64,000 nucleotides of DNA, taken from assembly GCA_963720685.1 (NCBI GenBank), contig CAVRGF010000008.1, positions 89 to 64,088 on the forward strand. The letters run 5' to 3'. How positions within the stretch are numbered: the first letter of the stretch is position 1; every line of letters starts with the position of its first letter. The DNA is from an uncultured bacterium (GTDB taxonomy: Bacteria > Actinomycetota > Thermoleophilia > Solirubrobacterales > 70-9). The position numbers were made by a program, and so were the translations under genes. Of this stretch, positions 28,803-38,173 are shown one piece after another. Under the pieces are notes generated by a model. The model did not search any database. It was not told the DNA's origin and saw only the letters and a list, made by a program, of their open reading frames with translations.

Positions 28803-30038
28803 TCAGGGTCGAAGTCGCACCGGCAGCGTCTTGAGCTGATTGATGAACGGCGACTCGGCGAACTGGGGCGTCCCCGCCAGCTCCATCGCTCCGAAGCGCG
28901 CCAGCGTCTCCTCGAGCATGATCCGCAGCTCGAGGCGAGCGAGGGCGGCGCCGAGGCAGAAGTGACGCCCGCCGGCGCCGAAGGCCTGGTGATCGGGGTT
29001 GCGGGTGACGTCGAAGCGGTCGGGGTCCTCGAAGCGTGACTCGTCGCGGTTCGAGGACACGTACCACATGACCACCTTCTCGCCCTCCCGGATCTTCTGC
29101 CCGGAGAGCTCGGTGTCCCGAGTCGCGGTGCGGCGGAAATGGGCGAAGGCGGGGAACATCCGAAGCGACTCCTCGACCGCGCTCGGGACGAGGGTCGGAT
29201 CGTCGAGCAGGAGCTGCCGCTGGTCGGGGTTGTCGATCAATGCCCGCATGCCGCTGCAGTAGGTGGCCTTGGTGCTGTCGTTGCCGGCCGCGACGAGCAG
29301 GAAGAAGCCCATGACGATCTCGTGCTCCTCGAGGCGCTGTCCGTCGACCTCCGCATGGACGAGGACGCTCGTGAGGTCGTCGGTCGGACGCTCGCGTCGC
29401 TCGGCGATCAGCCGCCGACAGCGCTCGAATATCTCCGGCATGTCGCGCTCCATGACCGACTCGACCCCCTCGGGGTTGAGGTCCGGATCGCTCGCGCCCA
29501 GAGTGCTGTTCATCAACCTCGCCCAGATCGCATCGTCCTCCGGCGGGATCCCCATGAAGCTCCCGATCACCCGCGAAACCACCGGCTGGGCGACGTCGGT
29601 GACCAGGTCGCAGGTCTCGCGATCTGCCAGCCCGTCGAGGACTCCGGCGACGATCGCGCGGATCGCGTCCTCGTGCTCGGCGATCCGTTTCGGCGTGAAG
29701 CCGCGCTGGAAGAGCATCTTCAGCCGGTCGTGCTTCGGTGGGTCCATGCCGATGAACATCGCCTGAGTGAGCTCGAGCGGGATGATCGCCTTGGTCAGCG
29801 CCGTGATCCCGCCCACCTCCGACGAGTACGTCTCCCAGTCGCGAGTCACCGCGTGGACGTCGTCGGCCCTGGTCACCGACCAATAGCCGGCCTCGTCGGG
29901 GTACTCGTTGATCCGCGCCGTCCAGTGGACCGGGCATTTCGCCCGGAGCTCCCTGAACAGCTCGTGGGGCGGGCCGTCAGGCCACAGCTCACGCTCGGTG
30001 ATCTGGAGCTCGTCGAGGTCGGTGGGGCGTGTGGACAT
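28803..30038 (-). CDS. Cytochrome P450
   Basis: 411 aa. I-helix LLVAAGNDSTK, ExxR (EESLR) and haem loop FGAGGRHFCLGAALA. Confidence 0.9.
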   Translation of the reverse strand: MSTRPTDLDELQITERELWPDGPPHELFRELRAKCPVHWTARINEYPDEAGYWSVTRADDVHAVTRDWETYSSEVGGITALTKAIIPLELTQAMFIGMDPPKHDRLKMLFQRGFTPKRIAEHEDAIRAIVAGVLDGLADRETCDLVTDVAQPVVSRVIGSFMGIPPEDDAIWARLMNSTLGASDPDLNPEGVESVMERDMPEIFERCRRLIAERRERPTDDLTSVLVHAEVDGQRLEEHEIVMGFFLLVAAGNDSTKATYCSGMRALIDNPDQRQLLLDDPTLVPSAVEESLRMFPAFAHFRRTATRDTELSGQKIREGEKVVMWYVSSNRDESRFEDPDRFDVTRNPDHQAFGAGGRHFCLGAALARLELRIMLEETLARFGAMELAGTPQFAESPFINQLKTLPVRLRP

Positions 30039-30132
30039 GGGATTGTGGTCGAGATTCGCGCCTGCTCGTTGCTGAGCCTACCGCGACGGCAGCGTGGCCA
30101 CCCGAGCTCTGGTCCGTTGACCGCCCGCGTCC

Positions 30133-30368
30133 GTGGCAGGTTCGCTCGGAACCGATGGCTCGGCCACGGCGGCCGAGGCGGTGAGCGTGGCCGTCGAAGT
30201 CGCGCGGCGCTTCGAGGCGAAGCTTGTGCTCGTCAGCGCGTTTCAGGGCCCGGGCGGGATCCCCAAGGACTCGGGGGACGCGGTCGAGGTCCAGTGGGCG
30301 CTGAGCCCGTTCCCAACACGATCATCCACACCGCGCCCTGCTCGGTCTTCATCGTGAAGACGATCTAG
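30133..30368 (+). pseudogene. Universal stress protein (UspA-family) remnant with internal deletion and frameshift
   Basis: The frame from GTG 30133 reads ..LGTDGSATAAEAVSVAVEVARRFEAKLVLVSAF (USP N-terminus). A different frame ending TAG 30366-30368 reads ..VPNTIIHTAPCSVFIVKTI* (USP C-terminus). Only about 78 codons remain in total, versus roughly 140-150 expected. Confidence 0.5.
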
Positions 30369-31684
30369 CCGGAGGCTGGCGATGCGGGTCGAGGACCAAC
30401 GACCACCGGCGTTCCACGCCGGGGAGAGAAGGTGATGTTGCGGCGCGCGATGCCCTCCGGCCGACGCCGCGCGCCCCGCACCGCGCATCGGCGAAGCGTC
30501 TCGCGCAGGACGATCCGCATCTCGAACTCGGCGAATGCGGCGCCGAGGCAGCGCCGAACCCCACCGCCGAAAGGGATCCACGCGTAGGTTTCGGGACCCT
30601 CGTCGAGAAACCGCTCGGGCCGGAACTCCAGCGGCGCGGGGTAGATGTCCTCCCGGGTGTGCGTCAGCCAGATCGCCGGGGTCACGTCGGTCCCCGGCGG
30701 CAGCGTGAAGCCATCGACTCGCAGCTCCTCCCGCAGTCGGCGACCGGCGAGCGGGATCACCGGGCGCAGGCGCAGTGCCTCGGAGATCACCGCCCGCAGG
30801 TAGGCCTCGTCCCCGGCGTCCAATTCGGACCGCAGGCGCTCCAGCGCGGGCGGGTGACGCAGAAGCAGGTCGAAGGTCCAGGCGAGCGCCGTCGCGGTGG
30901 TTTCGTGCCCCGCGAGCAGCAGGGTCATGAGTTGGTCGCGAAGCTCGGTGTCACTGATCGGCTCACCGTCCTCGAAGCGGGCGGCGACGAGCATCGAGAG
31001 GATGTCCTCGCGATCATCCAGCTCAGGGTCGGCGCGACGCTCGGCGACCTCGGCGGCCAACAGCTCGTCGACCTCGGCGTTTCGCCGCTTCAGCGCGGCG
31101 AGCGGGTCGGGCCCTCCGAAGCGCCTGGCGAGGAGAACGCGCACCTGGAGCAGCGGCGAAGAGGTCTGGGTGAGCAGGTCGCCGAGCAGTTCCCGCAGCC
31201 TCGCGACACGCCCCGGGTCGCTGACGCCGAACACGGCCCGCAGGATCACCTCCAGCGTCAGCGCCTGCATGCGCGGGTGGATCGCGAAGGTCTCGCCGAC
31301 CGGCCACGACTCGATCTCGCGGGTCGCGAGCTCCGTGATGATCCCCTCATAGGCCCTCATCCGCTCACCATGAAAGGCGGGGAGCATCAACCGCCGGCGT
31401 GCGAGGTGCTCGCCGCCCTCGAGCAGCAGGATTGAACGAGCACCCACCACCGGTTCGAGGCTGGCGCTTCGCCCCGGGGGAAGGCCGTTCTCGCGGCCCT
31501 GGTAGAGCGATCGGACCGCCTCGGGATCGGACACCATCACCATCGGCGTCTGGAAGCCGAGGAAGGTGACGCTGAAGGCGTCGCCGTGACGGCGCCGGCA
31601 TGTGTCCATGAACTTGATCGGGCGAAACAGCCAGTCCAGGGTCTGGACGGCCGGGGGCGCCGCTGGGCCGGGTGGAAGCGTCAC
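30365..31684 (-). CDS. Cytochrome P450 (second, unrelated class)
   Basis: LPPGP at the N-terminus, I-helix LLLAGHETTA, ExxR (SEALR) and haem loop FGGGVRRCLGAAFA. I prefer GTG 31684 (VTLPPGP, 439 aa). The track start at 31759 would overlap the divergent gene at 31720. Confidence 0.85.
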   Translation of the reverse strand: MTLPPGPAAPPAVQTLDWLFRPIKFMDTCRRRHGDAFSVTFLGFQTPMVMVSDPEAVRSLYQGRENGLPPGRSASLEPVVGARSILLLEGGEHLARRRLMLPAFHGERMRAYEGIITELATREIESWPVGETFAIHPRMQALTLEVILRAVFGVSDPGRVARLRELLGDLLTQTSSPLLQVRVLLARRFGGPDPLAALKRRNAEVDELLAAEVAERRADPELDDREDILSMLVAARFEDGEPISDTELRDQLMTLLLAGHETTATALAWTFDLLLRHPPALERLRSELDAGDEAYLRAVISEALRLRPVIPLAGRRLREELRVDGFTLPPGTDVTPAIWLTHTREDIYPAPLEFRPERFLDEGPETYAWIPFGGGVRRCLGAAFAEFEMRIVLRETLRRCAVRGARRRPEGIARRNITFSPRRGTPVVVGPRPASPASG

Positions 31685-31719
31685 TGCCTGGAGGATCTCA
31701 TGTCGGGCACACTCCCCAC

Positions 31720-32082
31720 ATGGGTCGCTCACGGGGATGGCGATACGCAGCGGCAGCATTCTGGATCGCGAACGGTCTGAACCACTTCCGGGCCCCGAAG
31801 TTCTACGAGGCGATAGTCCCGCCGCCGTTCGAGCGCTGGAGGGGCGAGGTCAACGTGGCCTCCGGCGCGGCCGAGCTGGCCGGCGGGCTGGCCGTGCTGC
31901 CCGACCGCACCCGCCCGGCCGCCCGCCTGTGGTTGATGGGAACGCTCGGAGCGGTCTATTGGGCCAATGTCCACATGGCGTTACGGCCCGAGAAGTTCCC
32001 GCGCGTCCCGCCGGCCCTCCTGTATGCACGACTGCCCGTGCAGGGCCTGTTCGCCTGGCTCACGTGGCGTGGGACCCGATAG
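31720..32082 (+). CDS. Small DoxX-like membrane protein
   Basis: Starting at ATG 31720 gives 120 aa: MGRSRGWRYAAAAFWIANGLNHFRAPKFYEAIVPP ... GAAELAGGLAVL, with 3-4 TM helices. DoxX_2-like by memory. Confidence 0.5.
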   Translation: MGRSRGWRYAAAAFWIANGLNHFRAPKFYEAIVPPPFERWRGEVNVASGAAELAGGLAVLPDRTRPAARLWLMGTLGAVYWANVHMALRPEKFPRVPPALLYARLPVQGLFAWLTWRGTR

Positions 32083-32084
32083 CG

Positions 32085-32276
32085 GGGGTCGCGAGCCGGA
32101 GCGCCTTCGCCGCCGGCCTGCTCGGCGCGGGCTCGGACTCGCTGATCGTCGAGGGCGCCGGCCACTGGCCTCATCGCGAGGGTGAAGACGCGTTCCTTGC
32201 CCGCCTGATCCAGTTCGCCGGCGAGGTCGATCAGACCAACGGCGTCAGTTCCCCGGAGGACTCCCCCTCGAGCTGA
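32085..32276 (+). pseudogene. C-terminal fragment of an alpha/beta-hydrolase
   Basis: The frame reads ..SDSLIVEGAGHWPHREGEDAFLARLIQFAGEV.., the classic catalytic-His end of alpha/beta hydrolases (GaGHw...E.P..f...i..F). No upstream nucleophile-elbow region is present. Confidence 0.4.
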
Positions 32277-32351
32277 TCTCGAGCGCCCACCGCTCCTGAT
32301 CGGCACCAAGGAGGCGGCGTGGGGCGCCCGGGACGGGCGGCCCGGCGACGC

Positions 32352-33902
32352 TCAGGAACGGCCCGCCCCGGGTGGAAACTCCCGCGCCGCTTGCCGTCGC
32401 AGGATCTCGATCCCAACCACGGCGAGCGCCGCAAGCACCACGATCACTCCGACCTGGCCGAGGTTGTTGATGCCCGGGATGAACGACAGCCAGAGCAGGA
32501 ACAGCGCCGCCACGACCGAGTAGACGGCGACGGGATGGTCTCGCAGGTACGGGGCGAGGAAGCGTCGAACCGCGACCTCGTGGCGGCCCGGTCCCGCCAG
32601 GGCGCCCCCGCCGATGAACGCGACGCCGATCGCGAGGACGAACAGGGCCCGCTGGCGAAGCCCCGCGGAGATGATGTCCCAGACCGACGTGATCGCCGGC
32701 TTCACCGTCTCCGAGGCCGCGACCGAGTCCACTCCGTTGCCGATCAGACGCCTGACCAAGAGAACGAAGAGCGTCGCCACCACGATCCCGCCTCCGGCGG
32801 CGATCAGAGCCTCGCGGCGCCATCCCTTCGCCAGGTAGATGGCCGCCAGGTAGAGCAGGAGCGCCAGCAGCGGCAGCACGAAGCCGAGGTTTCGCAGCAG
32901 GCTGACGAGCTTTTGAAGCCCCGAGAGCTGATTCGAGCTCATCAGAACGAGCTGGCCGGGCGTCTGCACGGCCTGGCGGTTGAGGACCGTGTTGATCCGC
33001 GACTCAGCGGAGGAGAGCGCGGCATCGAGCCTTGAGACGTTCGCGGTGCTGGGGTTTGCGAGCACCGCGGCCGTGCGCTGGTTGAGCACCGTTACCTTGG
33101 CGTCGGCCTTGGACAGCCGGCCCTTGAGCTGGGTCAACCGGCCCTTGAGCTGGGAGGGGACGCTCCCTTCGACCCCCTTGATCGCTTCCTCGAGGCTCCT
33201 GATCTTCGCCTGGAGCTTCGCGGTGTTCGCGCGGAGGTCCTGGAGGCTCTGCTTCAGCTCGGGGCTCAGCGTCCCGGCCTGCGCCTGAGACAGCGTCGCC
33301 TGAGCCGAGGCGATCTTGCCCTGGGCCGTGGTCAGGCGCTGGCGCAGATCGGTTGTGAAGCTCTGGACCAGCCCCTGGAGCTTGGAGATCGTCGCCGGGT
33401 TCACCCCGAGGCGGGTCGCCAGGTCAGCGACCACGCTTCCGTAGTCGAGGGTGACATCGCCGCCCGTGGTCGAGACGTAGGCGTCCTTGTTCTCGATCAG
33501 GCTGACGAACTGCTCGTGGGCCCGAGCGATGGCGGTGGAGACCAGGCTCTGGACCTGGGGGGAGGCGAGCGCCCTCTCGGCCGCGTTTGTGGCGAGCTGC
33601 CTGGTCGCCGCGGCGACCGGAAGCGCCAGCGGCTGGGCGGCGCTCGGCAGCTCGTTTTCGATCTGGCCCTGGACGTCGACGTTGGCGTAGAGCTGATCGA
33701 CGGTGTAGGTGGCGAGCGCCTGCTGGACGTCCGGGTCGGCGAGGATCTGGTCGGTCGTGCTCTTGATCTGGTTGGTATCCAGAGCCTCGCGCTGAACCCA
33801 GTTGGCGAAGATCGAAAAGACCAGGACCACCGACGCGAGCACGATCAGCGGCCACACCAGGCCGCGGCGGCGATGCTTCGGCTTTGGGCCCCGGGCCTCC
33901 AT
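32352..33902 (-). CDS. Integral membrane protein with long extracytoplasmic coiled-coil region
   Basis: 516 aa. N-terminal TM LVWPLIVLASVVLVFSIFA, a ~330-aa Ala/Gln/Leu/Ser-rich helical region, and 5-6 C-terminal TM helices. No family name recalled. Confidence 0.6.
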   Translation of the reverse strand: MEARGPKPKHRRRGLVWPLIVLASVVLVFSIFANWVQREALDTNQIKSTTDQILADPDVQQALATYTVDQLYANVDVQGQIENELPSAAQPLALPVAAATRQLATNAAERALASPQVQSLVSTAIARAHEQFVSLIENKDAYVSTTGGDVTLDYGSVVADLATRLGVNPATISKLQGLVQSFTTDLRQRLTTAQGKIASAQATLSQAQAGTLSPELKQSLQDLRANTAKLQAKIRSLEEAIKGVEGSVPSQLKGRLTQLKGRLSKADAKVTVLNQRTAAVLANPSTANVSRLDAALSSAESRINTVLNRQAVQTPGQLVLMSSNQLSGLQKLVSLLRNLGFVLPLLALLLYLAAIYLAKGWRREALIAAGGGIVVATLFVLLVRRLIGNGVDSVAASETVKPAITSVWDIISAGLRQRALFVLAIGVAFIGGGALAGPGRHEVAVRRFLAPYLRDHPVAVYSVVAALFLLWLSFIPGINNLGQVGVIVVLAALAVVGIEILRRQAAREFPPGAGRS

Positions 33903-33936
33903 GTCACCGGCAGTACACCAGCCCGCCCGGCCGGCT

Positions 33937-33988
33937 TCATCACCCCGATCAGATGATGTCGGAGCGTGCGCCGATCGTAAAGCTGGTG
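33937..33988 (+). promoter_or_regulatory. Conserved 52-nt element, copy A (divergent promoter region)
   Basis: tcatcaccccgatcagatgatgtcggagcgtgcgccgatcgtaaagctggtg. 43/52 identical to 59230-59281 by hand alignment, and the 26-nt core atcagatgatgtcgRagcgtgcgccg has one mismatch. Confidence 0.6.
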
Positions 33989-34049
33989 GGAGCTAGTAGG
34001 GTCGCGGGAGCGTGGAGTCACTCCAGGCTTCCGCCCGCCCACTCCAGCC

Positions 34050-34730
34050 ATGGGCAACATCTTCCTTCTCTCGCTCGTCGCGGCGGCCAACGCCACCCTG
34101 CTCGCCGCCGTGACGGTGATGCTCTTCCTGCCGAGCCCCAAGCGGCTTCTGCTCGGTTACCTCGTGGGCGCGCTCCTGATCAGCCTCACAACGGGGTTCG
34201 TGATCGTCTTCGCCGTTCATGGCAACGGGGCCACGAGCACCGCGCAAAACAGCCTCAGCCCGTCAATGGACATCACACTCGGGCTGATCGCCCTGGTGGT
34301 CGCCTATGTGCTTCATGGCGGTCACGACGAGCGGCTGAAGCGTCGGCGCAAGAAGAAGGACGAGGGGGCGGAGAAATCTCCCTCGAAGGTCGAGCAGCTG
34401 CTCGGCAGAGGCTCCGCTCGCGTCACCTTCGCGGTCGGCGTGGTGCTCACCCTGCCGGGCATCGCATATCTCGCCGCGCTCCATGACCTCGACGAGCTGA
34501 ACTACGGGACCGTCCCGACGGTCCTGGTCATCCTCGGCTTCAACGTCATGCTCCTGATCTTGTTGGAGATTCCGCTGCTCGGCTACGCGATCGCGCCCGA
34601 GAGGACCGTGGTGGAGGTGCAGCGCTTCAGAGCCTGGCTGAGCCGAAACGGTCGGCGGATGGCGATCATCGGCGCTGCGGGTATCGGTGCCCTGCTGGTT
34701 GCGCGTGGTGTGATCGGGTTCCTCACGTAG
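34050..34730 (+). CDS. GAP-family (Sap-like) membrane protein
   Basis: 226 aa, 6 TM helices in two halves separated by a Lys/Arg/Glu-rich loop (HDERLKRRRKKKDEGAEK). The architecture matches the GAP family as I remember it. Confidence 0.55.
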   Translation: MGNIFLLSLVAAANATLLAAVTVMLFLPSPKRLLLGYLVGALLISLTTGFVIVFAVHGNGATSTAQNSLSPSMDITLGLIALVVAYVLHGGHDERLKRRRKKKDEGAEKSPSKVEQLLGRGSARVTFAVGVVLTLPGIAYLAALHDLDELNYGTVPTVLVILGFNVMLLILLEIPLLGYAIAPERTVVEVQRFRAWLSRNGRRMAIIGAAGIGALLVARGVIGFLT

Positions 34731-34845
34731 CCCCACGACACGATCGGTCGTCGATGACGATCTGTGATCGCGGACTGCCAAGCTTCGGAACGATCTTTGG
34801 AGATCTGACGAGAGTCGGCGTTCTACCCGTTGCGGCGGGCGCCGC

Positions 34846-35820
34846 TCAGTGCTCGCGTGGCCGACGGGAGCGGTCTTTCGCGGCCATCAACTCCGAATCC
34901 GCTGCGGCGAGCAGGGTTGCCGGATCGGCGTCGGTGATCCCGGCGACCCCGAACGATATGGCGATCGCGCCGCCGCCGAGCTGTGCGTCGCGCACCTGCC
35001 CGGCGATCCGCGCCGCGGCGATGCCCGCCTCCTTTCGCGTCGTCTCGGGCATCACGATTGCGAACTCGTCGCCGCCGATCCGAAAGCAGTCGTCGGTGAG
35101 CCGCGACTCGTCGAGGATCCTGGCGACCGAGCGGAGGACCTGGTCCCCGCCGGCGTGGCCGAGTCGCTCGTTCACATCGTCGAAACCGTTGAGGTCCAGC
35201 AGGCACAGGGAGAACGGATGCTCATAGCGGCTGGAACGGGCGACCTCGACCGCCAGCCGCTCCTCGAACGCGCGGCGGTTGGGCAGGGCTGTCAATGAGT
35301 CATGACGGTTGTCGTGTGACTCGATTTCGTTCAGGGTCGCGTTTGAGAGGTGGGCGGCGATCAGCTCGCTCAGCAGCTCGAGCGTTTCGACATCGCCGTC
35401 GTCGAAGTGAAACGCCTCGGGCGAGTACACCTTGAGCACGCCGACAGGTTCGCCCCTTTGGACGAACGGCACGCAGATCATCGAGGCGGCGTTGACCCGG
35501 CGGCAGGCGTCAGCGTCGACGCGGGCGTCGTTGCCGGTGTCGTCGCTCCGCAGCACCCGGCCTTCCGTGAGGCACAGGCCCGAGAGGCTCGACTCCATCT
35601 TCGAGCTCGTCCCCAGATATGGCGCCGCCTCTCCGGTGGTGACCGCGTAGACCATCTCGTCCTCCTCGGCGAGCTCGATCACGCCCGCGCTCGCGCGAGT
35701 CAGCTCCTGGGCCCGCTCGGCGATCAGCTCCATGATCGCGTTCAGCTCCAGATCGCCGCCGGCGATCTCGGTCTGGGTTCGAATCAGCGCCCGCAGCTCG
35801 CTCTCTGTCTGAGGGGCCAT
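34846..35820 (-). CDS. GAF-domain diguanylate cyclase (GGDEF)
   Basis: 324 aa. N-terminal GAF-like domain; C-terminal D.LT.LPNRR ... RIGGDEFAIV with an intact GGDEF. An RxxD I-site (RLTD) lies five residues upstream of the GGDEF. Confidence 0.85.
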   Translation of the reverse strand: MAPQTESELRALIRTQTEIAGGDLELNAIMELIAERAQELTRASAGVIELAEEDEMVYAVTTGEAAPYLGTSSKMESSLSGLCLTEGRVLRSDDTGNDARVDADACRRVNAASMICVPFVQRGEPVGVLKVYSPEAFHFDDGDVETLELLSELIAAHLSNATLNEIESHDNRHDSLTALPNRRAFEERLAVEVARSSRYEHPFSLCLLDLNGFDDVNERLGHAGGDQVLRSVARILDESRLTDDCFRIGGDEFAIVMPETTRKEAGIAAARIAGQVRDAQLGGGAIAISFGVAGITDADPATLLAAADSELMAAKDRSRRPREH

Positions 35821-35929
35821 ACAAACCCTGATCGGCGTCGACGACCCATTTGCTTAGCCGCCAACAGGCGGAGAAGAGCGATGGAGGCGCGTCCGCGGGG
35901 CGGCGGCCGTTGCGCATCCAGCTGGGCCC

Positions 35930-35967
35930 TGACTTTGGCCCTCAGGCGGACATGAGAATGCTCTTAG
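35930..35967 (+). promoter_or_regulatory. Shared cis element, site S1 (upstream of response regulator 1, divergent from GGDEF gene)
   Basis: tgactttggccctcaggcggacATGAGAATGCTCTTAG. The 16-mer core is 15/16 identical to site S2. Confidence 0.55.
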
Positions 35968-36009
35968 AGAGAACCGGGAGGATTGCCGCGTGCCTACGAT
36001 GCCGGAGAA

Positions 36010-36684
36010 ATGAGGATCCTGATCGTCGAAGACGAGTCGGGCATCGCCGACTTCCTTCGACGCGGACTCGAGTCGGAGGGCTACGCGGTCGAGTGGACTG
36101 CCGATGGCAGGGATGGTGAGGCCCTCGCACTGAGCGGCGACTTCGACCTGGTGCTGCTCGACGTGATGCTTCCCGGTCGCGACGGGCTCGAGATCCTCGC
36201 ATCCGTCCGCCGCTCGCTCCCCTTGCTGCCCGTGATCCTGCTCACCGCTCGAGGTCAGGTCGAGGATCGGGTTCGCGGCCTCGATTCGGGGGCGACCGAT
36301 TACGTTACGAAGCCGTTTTCGTTCGACGAGCTCGCGGCTCGGGTGCGCGCACGCCTTCGTCAACCCGAGCCCGACCGGGGCACGCGGCTCGAGGTGGGAG
36401 ACATATCGATCGACCTGCTTCGCCGCCAAGTCAGGAGGGGCGGGGTCGAGATTCGTCTCTCGGCCACAGAGTTCGGCCTGCTTGCCTTCCTGGCCCGCCA
36501 ACCGGATCAGGTGGTGCCGCGAGAACGGATTCTGAAGGCGGTGTGGGGCTACGACTTCGACCCGGGCACGAACGTGCTCGGGGTGTACATCGGCTATCTA
36601 CGGAGGAAGCTGGCGCGCTCCGGCCGTCCAGCGCCGATTGAGACGATTCGATCGGTCGGCTACCGGTTGAGCACGGGTGCCTGA
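36010..36684 (+). CDS. OmpR/PhoB-family response regulator (TCS-1)
   Basis: Starting at ATG 36010 (MRILIVEDE..), with DLVLLDVMLPGRDG (phospho-Asp), a TA...K box and a C-terminal winged helix ..IETIRSVGYRL. Confidence 0.9.
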   Translation: MRILIVEDESGIADFLRRGLESEGYAVEWTADGRDGEALALSGDFDLVLLDVMLPGRDGLEILASVRRSLPLLPVILLTARGQVEDRVRGLDSGATDYVTKPFSFDELAARVRARLRQPEPDRGTRLEVGDISIDLLRRQVRRGGVEIRLSATEFGLLAFLARQPDQVVPRERILKAVWGYDFDPGTNVLGVYIGYLRRKLARSGRPAPIETIRSVGYRLSTGA

Positions 36685-38140
36685 CTCGCTGATCGCCAGA
36701 CTGCGCGGAACGGGGCTTCGTACCCGGCTTGCGGTCACGATCGCCGCGATCGTCCTGGCGGCGGCCGGGGCGACCTTCGTAACCGTGTACCGAGGAACCG
36801 GATCGCGGGTCAGGGACCAGATCGAGCGCGATCTGACCACCGAGGTGGACTCACTGACGGGTCGACTCTCCGAGCATGGCGCGGCGGGCCGCGGCATCAC
36901 CGTGCTCCGGGCGCGCCACTCGATAGCGTCGGAGCCCGCGTTCGGGCCGTCCTCGCGGCTTGTCGTGGTGGACGTTCCGCCGGCCGGCATCGCTACCAAC
37001 GAGCCGGAGCTTCTGGGGCTCGGGGGCGCCAACCGATCCGAGGAATCGGGCCCGGATCGGCGTCGAGAGGCGGGTGAGGCCCGGGCGATTCGCGACGCTC
37101 CACTCGGTCTGTCGACCGTGCATCTCGAGGATGCCGGGGATGTCGCACTGATGAAGCGGGCGCTGCCATCCGGCGGGCGCAAACCGGTGACGATCACGGT
37201 CGGTCAGCCGCTGGCGCCTGTCGATCGAGCCCAGGAGGGCCTCGCGAAGACCTTTCTGATCGCCGGCTCGCTCACCGTCGCTGCCGCGCTCCTGGCTGCG
37301 TTCTTCGCCGCAGCCTGGATCGCCTCTCCGCTTCGCCGGATGGCCCGCGCCGCAGGTGCAGTCGATGGGGGGGACATCTCTGGCCGCGTGCCTGAGCGGG
37401 GGGCCCGCGAGGTGCAACAGCTCGCGGAGTCGTTCAACCACATGCTCGACCGGCTTGAGGATGCGTTCGCACGACAACGTGCCTTCGTCTCCGATGCGTC
37501 GCACGAGCTGCGTACGCCCCTGACGGCAATCCGCGGCCAGATCGAGATTCTGGGCCGCTCCAAGGTTCCGAACGACAGCGAGGTTGAGGTCACTGCTGCG
37601 GCGGTCAATCGAGAGATCGCGAGGATGGATCGGCTCGTTGACGACCTGACTCTGCTGGCCCAGAGCGACGAGGGAATGGCATATCAAGAGGGTTGGATCG
37701 ACCTCGAGCCGTTCGTCGCCGAGACCGTGGAGGTCGCGCGCGGCGCCGGTACGCGCGTGGAGGTCGGCAGCGTCCCCCGGGGTCGTCTGATGGGCGACGG
37801 CGACCGGCTCGCCCAGGTGCTGCGCAACTTGGTCCAGAACGCGCTCGAGCACACGGGGCCTGGCGGTCTGGTGCGCGTCTCGGCTACCCGGAGGGGCGAT
37901 CGGGTTCGAATTTCCGTTGACGACGACGGACCGGGAATCCCCACCACTGAACGGGAGCTGATCTTTGACCGTTTCCATAGAACCGACTTCTCGCGTACCC
38001 GCAGGGAAGGGGGGAGCGGGCTCGGCCTCGCGATCGCGCGGGCGATCGTCGCGGCCCATCAGGGTTCGATCTGGGCGGAGGCATCGCCGCAGGGCGGGGC
38101 CAGGATCGTCCTCGAGCTCCCCCGCTTCGAGGCACGGTAG
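36677..38140 (+). CDS. Sensor histidine kinase (TCS-1)
   Basis: GTG 36677 overlaps the RR stop by 8 nt. 487 aa with two TM helices flanking a ~150-aa sensor loop, then a HAMP domain. H-box SHELRTPLT, and N/G boxes NALEHT, DDGPGI, GSGLGLAIAR. Confidence 0.9.
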   Translation: MPDSLIARLRGTGLRTRLAVTIAAIVLAAAGATFVTVYRGTGSRVRDQIERDLTTEVDSLTGRLSEHGAAGRGITVLRARHSIASEPAFGPSSRLVVVDVPPAGIATNEPELLGLGGANRSEESGPDRRREAGEARAIRDAPLGLSTVHLEDAGDVALMKRALPSGGRKPVTITVGQPLAPVDRAQEGLAKTFLIAGSLTVAAALLAAFFAAAWIASPLRRMARAAGAVDGGDISGRVPERGAREVQQLAESFNHMLDRLEDAFARQRAFVSDASHELRTPLTAIRGQIEILGRSKVPNDSEVEVTAAAVNREIARMDRLVDDLTLLAQSDEGMAYQEGWIDLEPFVAETVEVARGAGTRVEVGSVPRGRLMGDGDRLAQVLRNLVQNALEHTGPGGLVRVSATRRGDRVRISVDDDGPGIPTTERELIFDRFHRTDFSRTRREGGSGLGLAIARAIVAAHQGSIWAEASPQGGARIVLELPRFEAR

Positions 38141-38173
38141 CCGAGGTCCTGGGCGCGGCGAATCCTCGCCGGC

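Noticed and set aside
31602-32276. 224-aa ORF as a full-length gene.
   Set aside because: Only the last ~60 codons resemble an alpha/beta-hydrolase C-terminus. The upstream part overlaps the DoxX-like CDS in another frame, so I treat it as a fragment.
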